This document shows, one piece after another, positions 1 to 13,300 of a stretch of 64,000 bases of DNA. The notes below the pieces were generated by a model. The model did no database searches. It had not been told where the DNA came from and saw only the letters and a program-made list of their open reading frames with translations. Source of the stretch: Azolla caroliniana (taxonomy: Eukaryota > Plantae > Polypodiophyta). Numbering within the stretch: the first letter of the stretch is position 1; every line of letters starts with the position of its first letter. The DNA is taken from NCBI GenBank assembly GCA_043228905.1, contig JBHGNT010000010.1, positions 17,732,001-17,796,000 of the forward strand. The letters run 5' to 3'. Made by a program: the position numbers and the translations under genes.

Positions 1-69
1 AACGTGCAGAATATTGTTCGTGAATACAAAGTTAAACAGCTTGCGAAGATTGTTTAGTTCAGTTCTTAC

Positions 70-2188
70 CTCAGGTGATTCGAACTGTATGAATGCAAAA
101 TGTTTTGACTTCCCTGTCTGCAAGAAACAAATACAAGATGAGTGGTGGAGAAAACCAAATATCCAATTTGGTAATCATCATATTCTCGTGATTTATATGA
201 CCTTGAAAAATCACTGAACACTAACTGTCATATGGAAAGCTTTGTTTGACCATGCCAAACAGTCCTCAATTAGGCTATATCTATCCCACAGTTGTTTTTA
301 GCCCACAAGTAGTATTTGTAAGACTAACATATAAGGAGGTTTTTTATGCTTGCACAGTTACATAATTCACATCCATACATATCTCTTAATGGAAGCTGGT
401 TCCTAGACCTTTGAAGTAGTTTGAAGCATACAAGCTGAACAAATATTCACCATGAGTGTTCATTGTCAAATTATGGCAACTTTGGAGAGTTTTCCAGCAA
501 TTGAGGAAATTAGCACATGACTGAAAGGCTAACCCAAAATTCAACTAAACATGAACATTTTACCCAATAACTGGTCCTATATTTCTTATCATGCAATACC
601 AGTAGTCAATGCACTTGATATCATTGCAACCACATAAATGCTCGGTTATAAACTCGGAGTAATATACAACCAGACATTTTCCAGATGATTCATGAATAAT
701 CAAGATTAGAAATTTGGGTAACTGTTTGCATGGTGATGCCTACATATACAAGAAATGCAGATCCAACATCCGTCAGACAGTTTTGTTCACCGAGTCTCTA
801 GAACAGCCTTTAATCCCTATAATAATAATACAATGCAATATAAGAATAATTCATTTACAATACCACTTCCCATCAGAACTTTCATGGACTTACCCATGGA
901 GGAAAGCACATTGATCATCTATAATGTATAATAATGCATTTGTCAAAGTGGTGCAATGCATTGTGCATACAGTTTAAAATACTAAATTCACAATTCACAA
1001 ACCAGGTGAAGGTCATCATCTACCATAAACTCAAAAGAAATGATAACAAAAATAAGGATTGATGATCTTTCCAGCACTGAGTAACATTATATGGTGCATG
1101 CTTGTGTTTACATCACACAAACATAATATATGTGCATTTGCATTTGTCTGTAACAATCAAATGATAAATACCTTTTTGTTCCGAGAGAGTCGCAGATGTT
1201 TGATATTCCCAAATTGACCAAAAAACCCTGCAAATCAAGCACAAGTAGTATAAGCTCAAAACGTCTTACATAGAGCATATTAGCATATATTAGGGGCAGT
1301 TTTGTTTACAAAGTTTTGATGTCAAAGGAAATGAAAAACGGCTCCTTTTCTTCATTCTTTTCGTTGACAAGGGAAATACACATAATCAACAAGAAACCCT
1401 ACAAATAAAGAACTACTTCCCCCAAAAAAAGCAAGGGGAAAGAATGGAATCGCATCTACATAAGCGCTGGAAGGAAAGAAAAAACTAGGGGAAAGAATGT
1501 GGAAAGAGAAGCATATGGTCTAGATAAAACCCTACTTTCACCCAAAACAAAAAAGAAAACTACGGAGAATAAGGGACAAAATCAATGCAAACATTTTCTA
1601 ATGAAACCCTAGAAAGAAAGAAAGAAAACAAAGAAAGTCTTCAACCCCCAGATGAAACTACTTAACACGCAGTGGCTCTTCAGTTAGAAGCTTGAGGTAC
1701 AAAGTGCAGAGAATAGCGGGGGAGAAAGTGTATTATTTCCACCCGGAAAGAAAAAGGACGAAAGGAAAACAAGAAGGAAAGGGAAAACTCGCATTACCTC
1801 GCATTTGTTCTTCATAGAATCCATGAGGTATACGACCGACATACACAACGTTTGATCTTCCACTTCCGCTGACAGAGGAAGAGGAGACAGAAAGCTTCTT
1901 CACCTTCTGTTGCTTCCCTCTCAACTTCTTAGCTTTCTTCTTCACAGCTAGGGTTTGTTCTTCTTCTGTGTCAAGAGGCTGAGAAAATCAAAGAGCAACA
2001 CAAATAATAATCAGAAACACACATATATATAACATGTGGATGTAGAAAAGGAGACCTTTACATTACACCGTGTCATGGATATGGATAGCATGGTTATACA
2101 GAGAGGAAATTTTTCTGTTTTTTTTAGGTCTGATTGTTGTTGGGTTTTTTATTTTCTCTCTTACCATGAACTCTCGCGAGGTCGCCAT
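70..2188 (-). CDS. NIFK/Nop15-like nucleolar RRM protein (5' part; gene continues off the left edge)
   Basis: Exons 2165-2188, 1798-1978, 1172-1227 and 70-117 join with GT-AG sites and matching phases. They give MATSREFM-PLDTEEEQTLAVKKKAKK...VVYVGRIPHGFYEEQMRGFFGQFGNIKHLRLSRNKKTGKSKHFAFIQFESPE, the RNP2/RNP1 pattern of the MKI67IP/Nop15 family. Confidence 0.9.
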
Positions 2189-2372
2189 GGAAGCTTCTTC
2201 TTCTTCCCTGGGGGGCAGAGGCAGGGGCAGGGGCAGCAGGGGAAGAGAAAGAGAGAGGGTTTGAAGGGGGGGGGGGCTGGGCTGGGCTATATATGTATTT
2301 AGCAGTGGTAGCAAAATATAGGCTCTAAATTGATTGGAAAATTCTGTCTAAAAAATAGTGGGGGTTTTTTTT

Positions 2373-2389
2373 AGGCCCAGATTTGGGCC
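2373..2389. promoter_or_regulatory. Pair of inverted site II motifs (GGCCCA / TGGGCC) upstream of the NIFK-like gene
   Basis: aggcccagatttgggcc lies ~190 bp upstream of the ATG. Telo-boxes (AAACCCTA) occur at ~1393, ~1527 and ~1603 in an intron and at ~1929 (reverse) in exon 2. Site II plus telo-box is the established signature of plant ribosome-biogenesis genes. Confidence 0.5.
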
Positions 2390-2408
2390 TTTCCCCCCCT
2401 AGTCTCTA

Positions 2409-2552
2409 GAGAAGAAGTGAAATAGATGAGAAGAGAAGAGAAGAGAAGAGAAGAGAAGAGAAGTGAAGTGAAGTGATGAGATGAGAAGAGACGAGAAGTG
2501 AAGTGATGAGATGAGAATAGATGAGAAGTGAAGTGAAGTGAAGTGAAGAGAG
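2409..2552. repeat. Compound pentanucleotide microsatellite (GAAGA)n/(GAAGT)n/(GATGA)n
   Basis: Directly visible purine-rich 5-mer repeats. Confidence 0.9.
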
Positions 2553-2572
2553 ACATTGGTTGCAAGCCGGAG

Positions 2573-2677
2573 AACCCATGGGGACATCTGATAAAATTGG
2601 AACAATACAAGCGAAGATTAGCTTGGCCCTTGTGCAAGGATGACACACACACACAAATCGGGAAAATGGTGCACATT
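2573..2677 (+). pseudogene. U6: U6 snRNA-derived sequence, full length, probably a pseudogene
   Basis: GGGGACATCTGATAAAATTGGAACAATACAAGCGAAGATTAGCTTGGCCCTTGTGCAAGGATGACAC...AAATCGGGAAAATGGT is colinear with plant U6. The ACAGAGA box is mutated (ACAAGCGA), several changes are CG>TG/CA, and there is a CA expansion. No upstream USE/TATA or oligo-T terminator is visible. Confidence 0.9.
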
Positions 2678-4323
2678 AGTTGCTCTTGGGTGGGGTGGGG
2701 TGGGGTCTAGGGACGGTGCCTTGCTCGACACATGGGTTGCTTCCGAATCTCGCCCGACACATGGGTTGCTCGCGTTATTATTAGCACACCCCTCGTTGGC
2801 CTACCTCCACCACACCTCTCCTGGAGGTCTTAGGAGACCTCGAGGAGAGGCCTTTGGAGGTTGCCGATCAAGCTGTGTTTGTTGTTGATATTTGCCGCTC
2901 TCAAAGTTAGTTGTTTATACCCTCCCCTCCTTAGAATCTTCCCAAAAAAATACCCAATGTGGTTGTTTTCTTTATTTTCCCTCAAATGCCCCTAATGCTT
3001 CTGACATGTCCCATATCAAGAATTTGCCTCACTCGTGTAGAACATATCGTTGATGTACCCTCAATATTCTCCTTCATTTCGCTAGATACCCCTAATTTCT
3101 CCTCATGCACCTCTCAAAAGTTGCTCCTAGTCAAAAATATTCTTGGATTTTCATTTTTCTCAACAAATTGCCCCGTACAAAAATTGGCTTTAACTTGCTC
3201 AAGATCTCACGAATACCCCTGGGTTTCTCTATATTTCCTCCAAGTGCCATACTCGAATTGAGCCTGCTTATTTAGAATCTCGTGAATTCTCTTTATTTTC
3301 CGAATGCCTTTAAAGTTTTCCACATTCTCTTGGGCTAACTAGTTACAACTAAGAGTGGAATACTCAAATCAAATAGAAGAGATACTCATAGATATTATAG
3401 ATTGAACTTTTTCTATGGTTGTAAATTGAATGGCTGATGTATCCATTATATATCTAATGCATTTCTTCATTTAGCTGGTTGCTACTTTCTCAGTTTATTG
3501 TGCAAAATATTAAAATCTCCTGCCAACAAGTTCAGCAAAGATGGTGTACTCTTCATGAGCAACGGATTGTAGCATCATAATCTGTTATGACTACACAAAT
3601 CAAAGTGTCAAACTTCCTTTGCCCTTCTAAAGTGACAATATGTAGTATATAGAGACAATTAATCTTTAGCTTGTCTCCACTTCTTTATTGACAAAATAGC
3701 ATCTGGAGTTACAACGTTAAAAGATAGATTCTTTACAAAGTTATTAAGCCATTCACTCTTCAACAATGGCAATACATTCTGCATCACAATCTCCCAACTC
3801 GCAAAGTAGATTGGTTCTTGCTTTTTTTAATATTACATCATTTGCAATTATCTTGTTCTTAAGGAAATAAAAGAGATCATACATCAATAATGACAATGGA
3901 TGTAGGACAAACAAATGCACTTGATATATGTTAATTGTTCTCATTTCTTAGGACATTAACCCAGAGTTTTAACTTATATAACATTTATTGTTAGGTGTAC
4001 ATGTAATGATCCATCAGCCAGCATGTATACTTAATGAATTCAACATGCGTTCAATACATATCCATTGGCAAAGCTTATTTCTGACCTCAATATACCTGAG
4101 AAGATTTCTAAAATTAGGAGATTTCCACAATAATGGAAATGATTTTGCATAATATGTTCTCTTATTACAATCAAATCCCATTAATGGATTTGTACATTTA
4201 TGAACAGGTTTCTTGGAACATACACATTATAGAGACAACAAATATGTACACTGCTACATACGCAGACAAATAGGTCAAAATGGACAATAAATCACGAGAA
4301 TATACCAAGAATGTGCTCAGGCT

Positions 4324-7300
4324 TCACTGTTTTTTCTCTTTTTCTACAATAGGCAATCTCGAGCTCACACTCTGCATATCACAAACTCAAGTGTTAAATA
4401 CATATATACTACATATGTACCCACACACACATAGTAGTTCAATTTGTAAGAACTAAACATGAGTATTGAAAACATGATTAGAAACTAGACCATAATTCAA
4501 AACTTTGATAGAAACATGCTTATTATTTAAAACATTACCTCGAGTAGTGAAATGTAATAGAAATCCTCCATGTGCTGCATTAAAGCACTACCATCTCTAA
4601 TGGCACGAAACATTGCAATCTCTGTTTCCAAAAGCTTAGAGATAAGATTTTTTTCTCCCTTCATCTGCATTAGATTAAATACAGAAAAGTATACTTCTAT
4701 CAATGGATCCAGTAAAAATATCTGATTCTTTATCTTCAGAGAGAAGGTCAGGGATCTACATGAGATGCAGGTTACAAATAGTCCTTCATTTTTTTTAAAT
4801 GTTTACACAAATAGGGTACGATCAATCCTCAGGACAAAAACACACATGTTTCCGGTTTAGGGTTATCAAGCTTCGTTCTAGATACCTACTTAGTATAAAA
4901 AACTATTGAGTTCAAATTTTCGAATAGAAAGACAGTTTTCCTATTCCTGTTAATCAGAGACCATGAGCAGTATTTGAACTATGGGTATGCCCATCCCTCC
5001 AGAATTTAGAATTAACACTAGAAGGGCTAGAGAATAAAAAATCATGGCAGGAAGTGTGAGATAATACTATTTTATAGATGATGGGTTAGATTTAGGGGTT
5101 TGTTGTGATATACAATGTCTACTACCTTCATAATGCTTTACCAGCTGCTTATATCCTTTCATTATTGGAATTTATTAATGTTTCTGGACACCCAAACATT
5201 TTATATTTAATGCAAGAAAATGGCAACATACAAATTCTTTAAGAAGAAAATCAGGTGTTGCTTCACCAATCACATCTGCATGGTATCCATCTCCCACAAG
5301 CTCCATACTTACCTAATGATAAAAAAGAGTGTTCAGAATCCGTCAAAGATAGCTGCAAAAGTCATATGTAGATCACTGTACTAATCACTTAACAAAATAG
5401 TGCACTCCATACACAAAATAGTATGCATAAATTGTAGTAATATATACAAATAAATGAAGTCAATCTGCTATTTATTACATTATCTGACAATTGATCAAAC
5501 CCTAAACTTAAGAAATAAGCATTATCATTTAATGATGAGTGTGAGATGATATACTGTGGCATCATAGACATCGCCTGCTGTTAGGTAAATAGGTTGAGCT
5601 ACATGACAATAACCCATCAAACGAGGCACAGTTGGAATTATATCTCGACGATTCACCACACGCCAGCTATCTTTGACAATCTGTAGAGGACACAGCTCTG
5701 TGAGGTCAAGGACATTTAAAATGGTCATGAGATAACCATGAGTTTGTACAGCTCAGAAATTGCCAGAGAAATTACCAGTTGTATTAAACTTGTTATTATT
5801 TTCCTGGTCAAGGAACAGTAATGGTGAATGGATATTCCATGTATAGAATATGCATTTATGTGTTCCTTGGATAGGCAGACTAGAAATGAAAGAGAATACA
5901 AATCCAATCATTTAATAAGATATCAGATTCATATCATTGGATGGAAAATGAACGGCAGCGGCAGCGGTTTCCCATATTATAACTTTTTTCTCTTAAAAAC
6001 AAATCTGTGTAGTTTTTGGCTGAAAATAAGAAATATAGTGACATGAAGAACAGTTTTACATGTGATGATGAATCGCTGTGGCATTTTAAAATGCCTGCCA
6101 ACAAATCCTGACTGGACAATAAGTACTCCAGATTTGTAAAAGACACTTTAGATATTTGTCCCCTTTTCTTAACTTTATGAATTTATACATATAATCTAAA
6201 TATGCATAAAAAAGGAAGAGACTTATGGTAAAATCTTAGAACTTTATAGGGAAGGGTCACAGGTTTGATACCCTGACCCCATGGAACATGCAGATTTAGG
6301 TACCTTTATGGTTTTGGACCCATACTTGAACTGTTTAATGGAAAGTTAAAAATTACCATAATTTTAATATGTTTCTTCTTATTAAATGTTCAAAAAATTC
6401 AAAACGCTATTATTCTACAACTAACTTTCTTACAGGAATTGCTACTTAAGAATCAACATTAATTAACATAATCCAAGTTAAATATACAGGTATGATATAT
6501 TACAATTGATGTCATTGAGGCAACATTTACTAGGTAGCTTATCATTATTTCAAAGGTGGATTTGCTTATCATGTTGCTAACATAATCCAGCGTTAATGTT
6601 GACACAATGAAATAATATCACACCTTCAGGAGAAAATCTAGACATGACTGGATTCCAAGCATAACTTCACTTGTGTATATTACAGATGCATTCAAAGATC
6701 CAAGATGTTAAGATGAAAATTAAATAAATACATAAATCCACGCACACACACATACATACATATAAATTAAATGGATCAGTGGAAAACACATACCTTATTA
6801 TATCGCTCAGCAAAGTTTTTGTTGCCCACCCTAGGAGAGCCAAAGTTATACATCGAAACTTTGATGAATCCCTGCCTGAATTAGAGACAACTTAAATAGT
6901 CTTTAGTTTATCAATATTGAAATGGAACAAGATAAAAACCATGAGTTATGATGTACCTGGCCAACTTACTGGTTGAAATCTCAAGTGCAAAGAGGGTAGC
7001 TAATGCACCACCAAGGCTATGTCCAGTGACATATACTTTCCATGGATGTGTGTTACATTGTGCATCACTGGAAAATTGGTTACACCAATTTAAGCATATT
7101 AATAAATTGATTTTAAATGGCTAGAACAGTGACCAAACAATCTCTTTTACAAATCATTCTGCATTTTCTGGAGAAAATCTACAGGCTATATTTACAGCTT
7201 TTCTAACTCTACAGTACACGAAAGTTTGAAGTTAATACTACCTATGTGGCTGAAACAACTAGACAAGCTACAATGCCGTTATTAAGACCTACAGTCCCCT

Positions 7301-10300
7301 TTATTTCCTTTCTTTATAATAGTAGAATACTTACTGTTCTTCATTCTTTGCTATATTTTACATCTGCATTCCAAGTATGACTTTCACCTGTTCTTTCTCA
7401 CTTTTCTCAATAACTAGTTGTACTAACAAAATTGTTGAAAGTATGACTAGATAAAAACGTGTAAGTAAAAAGTCAATAGTCACTACGGGGTGCATCTAAT
7501 CTATAAGCAAGCCTGGAATGGTGACAAATACCTAAATCCAGTTGAGGCTTTTAGAATGGACATCAGCCGATTGCGAACTGAATCATAGGCACTCAAGAAA
7601 CCTCCATGTATCTGGTTCAAAATAGAAATAATAAAAATCGGACACATCATTTTCTTTTAAACCAAGATATAATTCATAAGTTACCATTTCCTCATGTTTA
7701 AATTCTCCTCCAGCTCGCTCTGGGTTGAAACTGCAATAAAAGTGAAGACTTGCAGCTTTTGACAACAGATATGCTTCGCACGCAAATTTGAAACCAAAGA
7801 ATACAAACTTGAAAAGAAATTCTCTAATACATACGGTCTACAAGAATTTCCATGGCATCTATAATGATCCATAACCGTCAAACATACTAAAGAACCAATA
7901 AAATGTATTACGAGTAATGTGTGACAATAATTATGGTAGCAATTGAATGTAAATTAAGATTAGTAATGCGCCTTTTAATAAGGCTGAAGTTGTAATGAAT
8001 GTAAATGGATATTCATCATTGGCGTGATCAATGGTTACTACTTCAACTATATTCATTTTGGTTTTGTTCTCAACAATAAGACACCAATTCTTATCTTATT
8101 ATTTTGGCTTCTTAAGAGACATAAATATACCTTTCTTTGTGGACTTTGTTTCTTTGAATGTTTCTTTCTGAAACAGATATAGTGAGCTACCAATCATTTT
8201 TCATGGGTTTGACCTCATATTGAGGTTTGCCATCAGTAGCATGAGTAATATAAAAGGATTTGAGGGAATCATATAACACTTAGGTATATTAAATGAAACC
8301 GTAATGTAGTCCAGTTACCTTACAGGTAAAAGCATTAGATCAGTCTTTATATCTTTCCATTTCACCTGAAATACCCCACATAATAATGTTAATTTACACG
8401 CCTATAATACATCAGGAGTTTCAGAGAATAATTATGTTAAAAACATTACGCCAAGAGTATTTTCATTAAAACTTTGATCTAAATCTTAGAGGAACCTCAA
8501 GATTTGATTTACTTCCACTTTTGTAAAATTGTTTAACTGCAATTATATTTGTGATAAGATAGATAGAACAGCCTCAAAAAGGATCACACATACTGTGTGC
8601 AGTAATCATCCAGGTCAAAAACCCAAAGAAGAGGCAAGAAATGCCAACTCACAAATTTGACACTACCATTCTTAATCCACTCCATAGACAGAAATTCCAT
8701 TGCCTTCAAAACTCCTCCTTCTAGGGTTTTGCAAGGTCTGCTTTACAGTTGATAGTGTCAATGCACGAGGGTATTAGTGTTGAGAATTTGATTCTTCCAA
8801 TTGTTTGTTGATTAGAGTGGAGACATGATTCCAACAACCCAATGGCAACCCACTTAAACAATATGTGTATACACAATGAAAGGCTAATAAAAACCTCCAC
8901 CACAGTGACATGCAAGATCTGCATTACGTCTTTACTTAAATTGCATTTAGCATCATTACCATGGATTACAGTTATCATTCGAAACAGTAAAAACACATGT
9001 ATGTTTGAAATATTGACAGCTGTGATTGCCAAGCATAAGATAAGCTTGATATTTTTAGTCCACCTAGATGCTGCTTCGCCCCATATTATGTTCATTGTTC
9101 TTTCATTTTTGAAATGGCTAAAGGTGGGAAAAAGGTGGGTAATAATGAGGGTATATAGAAAAGAAGGCTTACATAGTATAGAAAACAAGGCATGCAAAAA
9201 TTATAGGCTGGGGGAGATCCCAAGCCTATCATTATCAGGTAGTCGTAGAACACTTCTTCGTTGATTTTGTAGTGCCACTCTTAGCATAAAATTTTAACTG
9301 GGTTAGTGTGGCATGCCTCCCTTAATAATGGTAGGGATTCCATGGATCTAGAGAGCTACAGATTATTCTGTAAAATGATTCGTCTATGTTCAATGGGTCT
9401 TCAACATCAGGTAGTAGTAGAACGTTTCTCCAGTGATTTTAAAGTATCGTTCTTGGCATAAAGTTTTAACTGGGTAACTGTGGCATGACTCTCTTATTAA
9501 AGGTAGGGATTCAATGGATCTAGAGAGCTACGGATTATTCTGTAAAATGATTTGTCTATGTTCAATGGGTCTTCAATGGCCCATTCACCATACCAGCCCA
9601 CTGTTCACTCATGGGTGACATCAGCTATATGGTATATTCTATGCACGAAGTGTTCAATCATCATATATATGATCGATAACATAGTCCCTCAAAGGTGCAG
9701 GCTTTAAGGGTACCATATCATATGTTCTGGGGGATAATAAGACTGGACGGAGTAAGAATCAGGAGGCTATTTAAACGAGATTGTATCCACCATGTGAATG
9801 AAGAAGGCTATCCCATCCCATTAGACCTTACAAGCAAAAGTTCGCATATGAGGCAAATAAGAAAAATGCAAATAGCTTCTACTATTCGTTTCAAACATTG
9901 TATATGTATAACCAATGATTTACAGAGAATGGACAATAAACATGCAGCATTGTACCCTTTTACCACTGTTGAAAGCAAAAATTCTCTGCTTTACATCACA
10001 AATACATTCTATTTTCTTGTTTGGTCTTAAAGGTTATTTTGGCCTCTTAAAAGACATTAAAATATCTTGCTTTTTTTCTTTCTATCTTTCTATTGTAAAT
10101 CAGCAGTATTCTGTTGTCAAGCATTCAGAGATTTTAAGAGAGCCTAATTTTCCATAGTTCAGATTTAAATTTAGGGTAGCATTTAAGGAGTTAACCTGCT
10201 CAGTTCCTCGAAATGCAACCACCAGTCTCTGATGCTGAGCATCACGCCAAACAGCAACCTTTCATGAGCAGAACAGACAATCAATAATACAAAGAGAAGA

Positions 10301-13300
10301 AATTGCCAAATTTTGGAGTTGATGAGGAATATTTTAGTCAATTGTGCAGGGTAATAACAGCTGATTAAAATGACATACCTGAGTGTCAGTTTTGCTATTG
10401 TCAAGGAAACAGATTTTCTCAAATGCTGACTTGACAAAGCTTTTATGTCCTAATGAAGTTGCTAGAACTGCCCAAGCCTCCATTGCACTCTCTGCCTTCT
10501 CAAACATTTTCCTCGCCTCTTCGAGTTCTTTAAGTCTTTCATCGGATGTGAGCAACTCATCAGTCGTCTCAGGAGCTGATGGAATCATCTCTGTAATGAT
10601 AGCTGTTTGCGTAGGTTTGTTTTCGCCTCCTGTTAACGATGCAGAAAGCACTGTCCATGTCTTGAGTGTCTCTTCTGCTTGCTTGAGTAAGGCCATTGAC
10701 ACTTTCTTTAAATCTTCAGTTGGAGGAGCTGCATTCTCTGTAGCCGATACCTCAGCAGAGAACTCGTTCTTTTCGGTAGTTGCAATTGCAAGCCCACTCT
10801 CAACATACTGTGAGTCTGCCTTGTTTTTGGAGACCAGTCCAAGGTTTTTAATTACATCCAAGGCATCCCAGTTCACACTGTCAAGTAAAGGAAACCTAGG
10901 TTCATTTATGCTAGCGCCAAAAGTTTCACTGATACCTTTTCTTAAAAAACTTAAAAACTCTTCATTTGAAGGTTTGTTATTCAATTGCTCTTCTGTATCT
11001 GAGTTCTGAACTTTCTGCAAGTCAGGTATGTTTTCCCTGTCCATAGGATCACTGCTCAAGTTCATATTGCTTGTTAGAGGACTAGTTTCGTTACAAATTT
11101 CTGTGTTCTGCTCTTGTGATGGTACCTCATTTGATTCAGGCTGATATTCCTTCGGTTTCTCTGGGGAGGAACCCAAAACTGAGCGGAGAAAATCACTAAC
11201 TGTAAGATGATCAAAGGCTAGAGCATTGGTAGAAACATCTTCAAACGTTTGACTCTGTAGAAAAGCTGAAAAGAGGGGAATATTCCATCCTCTTTTCGAA
11301 GTCTTTATGTCCTCAAAACGTTGGTACTGAACCTGAAACATACCATAGGAAGAAGTCATGTTCTGGAACAACACGAGTTACGCAGTGCAACCATTTTCAG
11401 CTTGCATCTCAATATGTCAGCATTGATTTACATGGAATAGGCTGTAAAGAATGCTAACTCTCGTAGAGTCGGACTGTGTGGAAGAGTTGTGCATATGTGA
11501 GAGTGGGAGTGTGAGAGAGAGAAGGAATCAGAGAAAACAACCAGAAATGAAATGTGCACAAGACAGAGATGAGAGATTATGCACAGAAGAGAAAACTATA
11601 TTGATCAACTAAAAAAACCAGAGCACAATCGGCTTTATATACAAGTCCTCAAGGGACTATAACATTAAATGTGGTTGATGGAGTCTAGGCATAAACATCC
11701 ACTCAAGTACGATTCTGTATAAGAATATCTAATATTCTTTGACCACATTTACACTTGACAACTAACTAGTCACAATCTAGTTCTTTGTGTAACTAGGTAG
11801 TTCACAAATTACAATAAAGTGTGTTCATGCACACTTTTTTCATACATCGTGCTTTTCTCCTCAAGCGCGTGTTCATATGAGTTGACCTTGATTCTCAACA
11901 TAGGCCACAAGCATCTAGCATACATCCAACAATAAAGCGAATTTGTCAACAAGCTTTCATATCATAGATATGTAAAGAGATCACCTCCAGGGTAATAGCA
12001 CCACCACCACCCATTCCTTCTAGCTCCACTTCCACCACATGTTTTTCCCCTGCCTCCACAAAAAATCAAATGAATATTTCAAAAACTGAAGTGTTCAACC
12101 AATATCCTCATAATGAAGATACTTTCTTTCCCTTAACATAAAACTTGCTAGACAGGCTGTTAAAATATCTTTATTAATCATGTGATTAGACAAAGCTAAA
12201 CTTAAAATAATAGATTAGCAAATATAACGTAGAGGATGGTCTTGTCACCTAAAAATCCTTGGGACTTAAATGAATACACAAGGACAAAGGCAAACACCAA
12301 TACCGCTGTTGAGAGAAATATAAGTGCAGTAAAATAATCAAGGATGGATAGTATGTGTGCTAAAAATAATCAAGGATAAATAATCTAGATATCTAAGAAC
12401 TTAATATTCTGAACATAAGATATTCAATAATCTTCAACATGGGCTGCTCCAAGTTGAGAGATCTCCAAAACGAGGGATGCACCCTCAGTGTCATCACATA
12501 TTTGCACATAAAGGGATCAGACACTTTCAATTTATTCCTTCATCATAAATTTGCACAAAAAAAGAGTTTCCAAATTGAGCCTTCCCAAATTGTAAGCAAT
12601 CAAATGCCATTTTGTTACATCTTGTGGAGTAAAAAAGTTGGGATCACATGGGTGTGAGCCATGTGGATGGGGGAATGGGGGCTTCCCAGAAATATCATGT
12701 CATACCTTTGTATATTCATGCCACACCTGAGGTGAGGTCAGTTGTGTGGTAGGTTGCTTCTCATTGAACATTTTCCATACTCTCTTGTCCTAGGAACAAG
12801 CAATACAAGTGCTTTAAATTTAGTCAAATATGATATGAATGTCCATTTTGGGTGCCTTGGGCGGCCTTCAGGCACCACCCAAGGTGCTCCCATCCGGTTC
12901 TTTTCTTCAACGATATCTTCTTGGGTCCTCCATTGATATGGTGCATTTTCACAGTGTTGAGAGCTATATCTTCATGCCTTGTCCATTCGGAGTAACATGG
13001 TATTTTGTAACTACGACGGTGGATACAAGCACTAGGTCAAAAAGATTAGGTTACGTAAACCTTGCAAAAAAACATAGAGGCCAACGACAGAGAGGGCATG
13101 AACGCAAAGATTATGTTAGAATTTAGGTCAGAGATTAGTTAAGTAGACCTTGCAAAAAAAATGCGGAAAGCAGGAATGCAAATATTAAGCACAAAAAACA
13201 TAGAGGGCAGAAACACAGAGATTAGGCAAACATTGTAGGAAATGTAATCAAAATGGGAGAGATTAGGTTAAGTAAACCTAGCAGGAAAAAAGAGGCAGAG

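Noticed and set aside
2371-2676. Overlapping minus-strand ORFs rich in S/L/F/H
   Set aside because: They are translations of the pentanucleotide microsatellite and antisense U6.
2573-2677. Functional U6 snRNA gene
   Set aside because: The ACAGAGA box is mutated, CpG-type decay is evident, and no USE/TATA promoter or T-run terminator is present.
8721-9264. 158-aa and 140-aa opposing ORFs in a lipase intron, possibly a transposase relic
   Set aside because: Only a weak resemblance (PSCIDTINC) to a Harbinger-type motif, with no termini or second motif, so it cannot be supported without a search.
10383-11009. 208-aa plus-strand ORF
   Set aside because: Antisense shadow of the large lipase exon.
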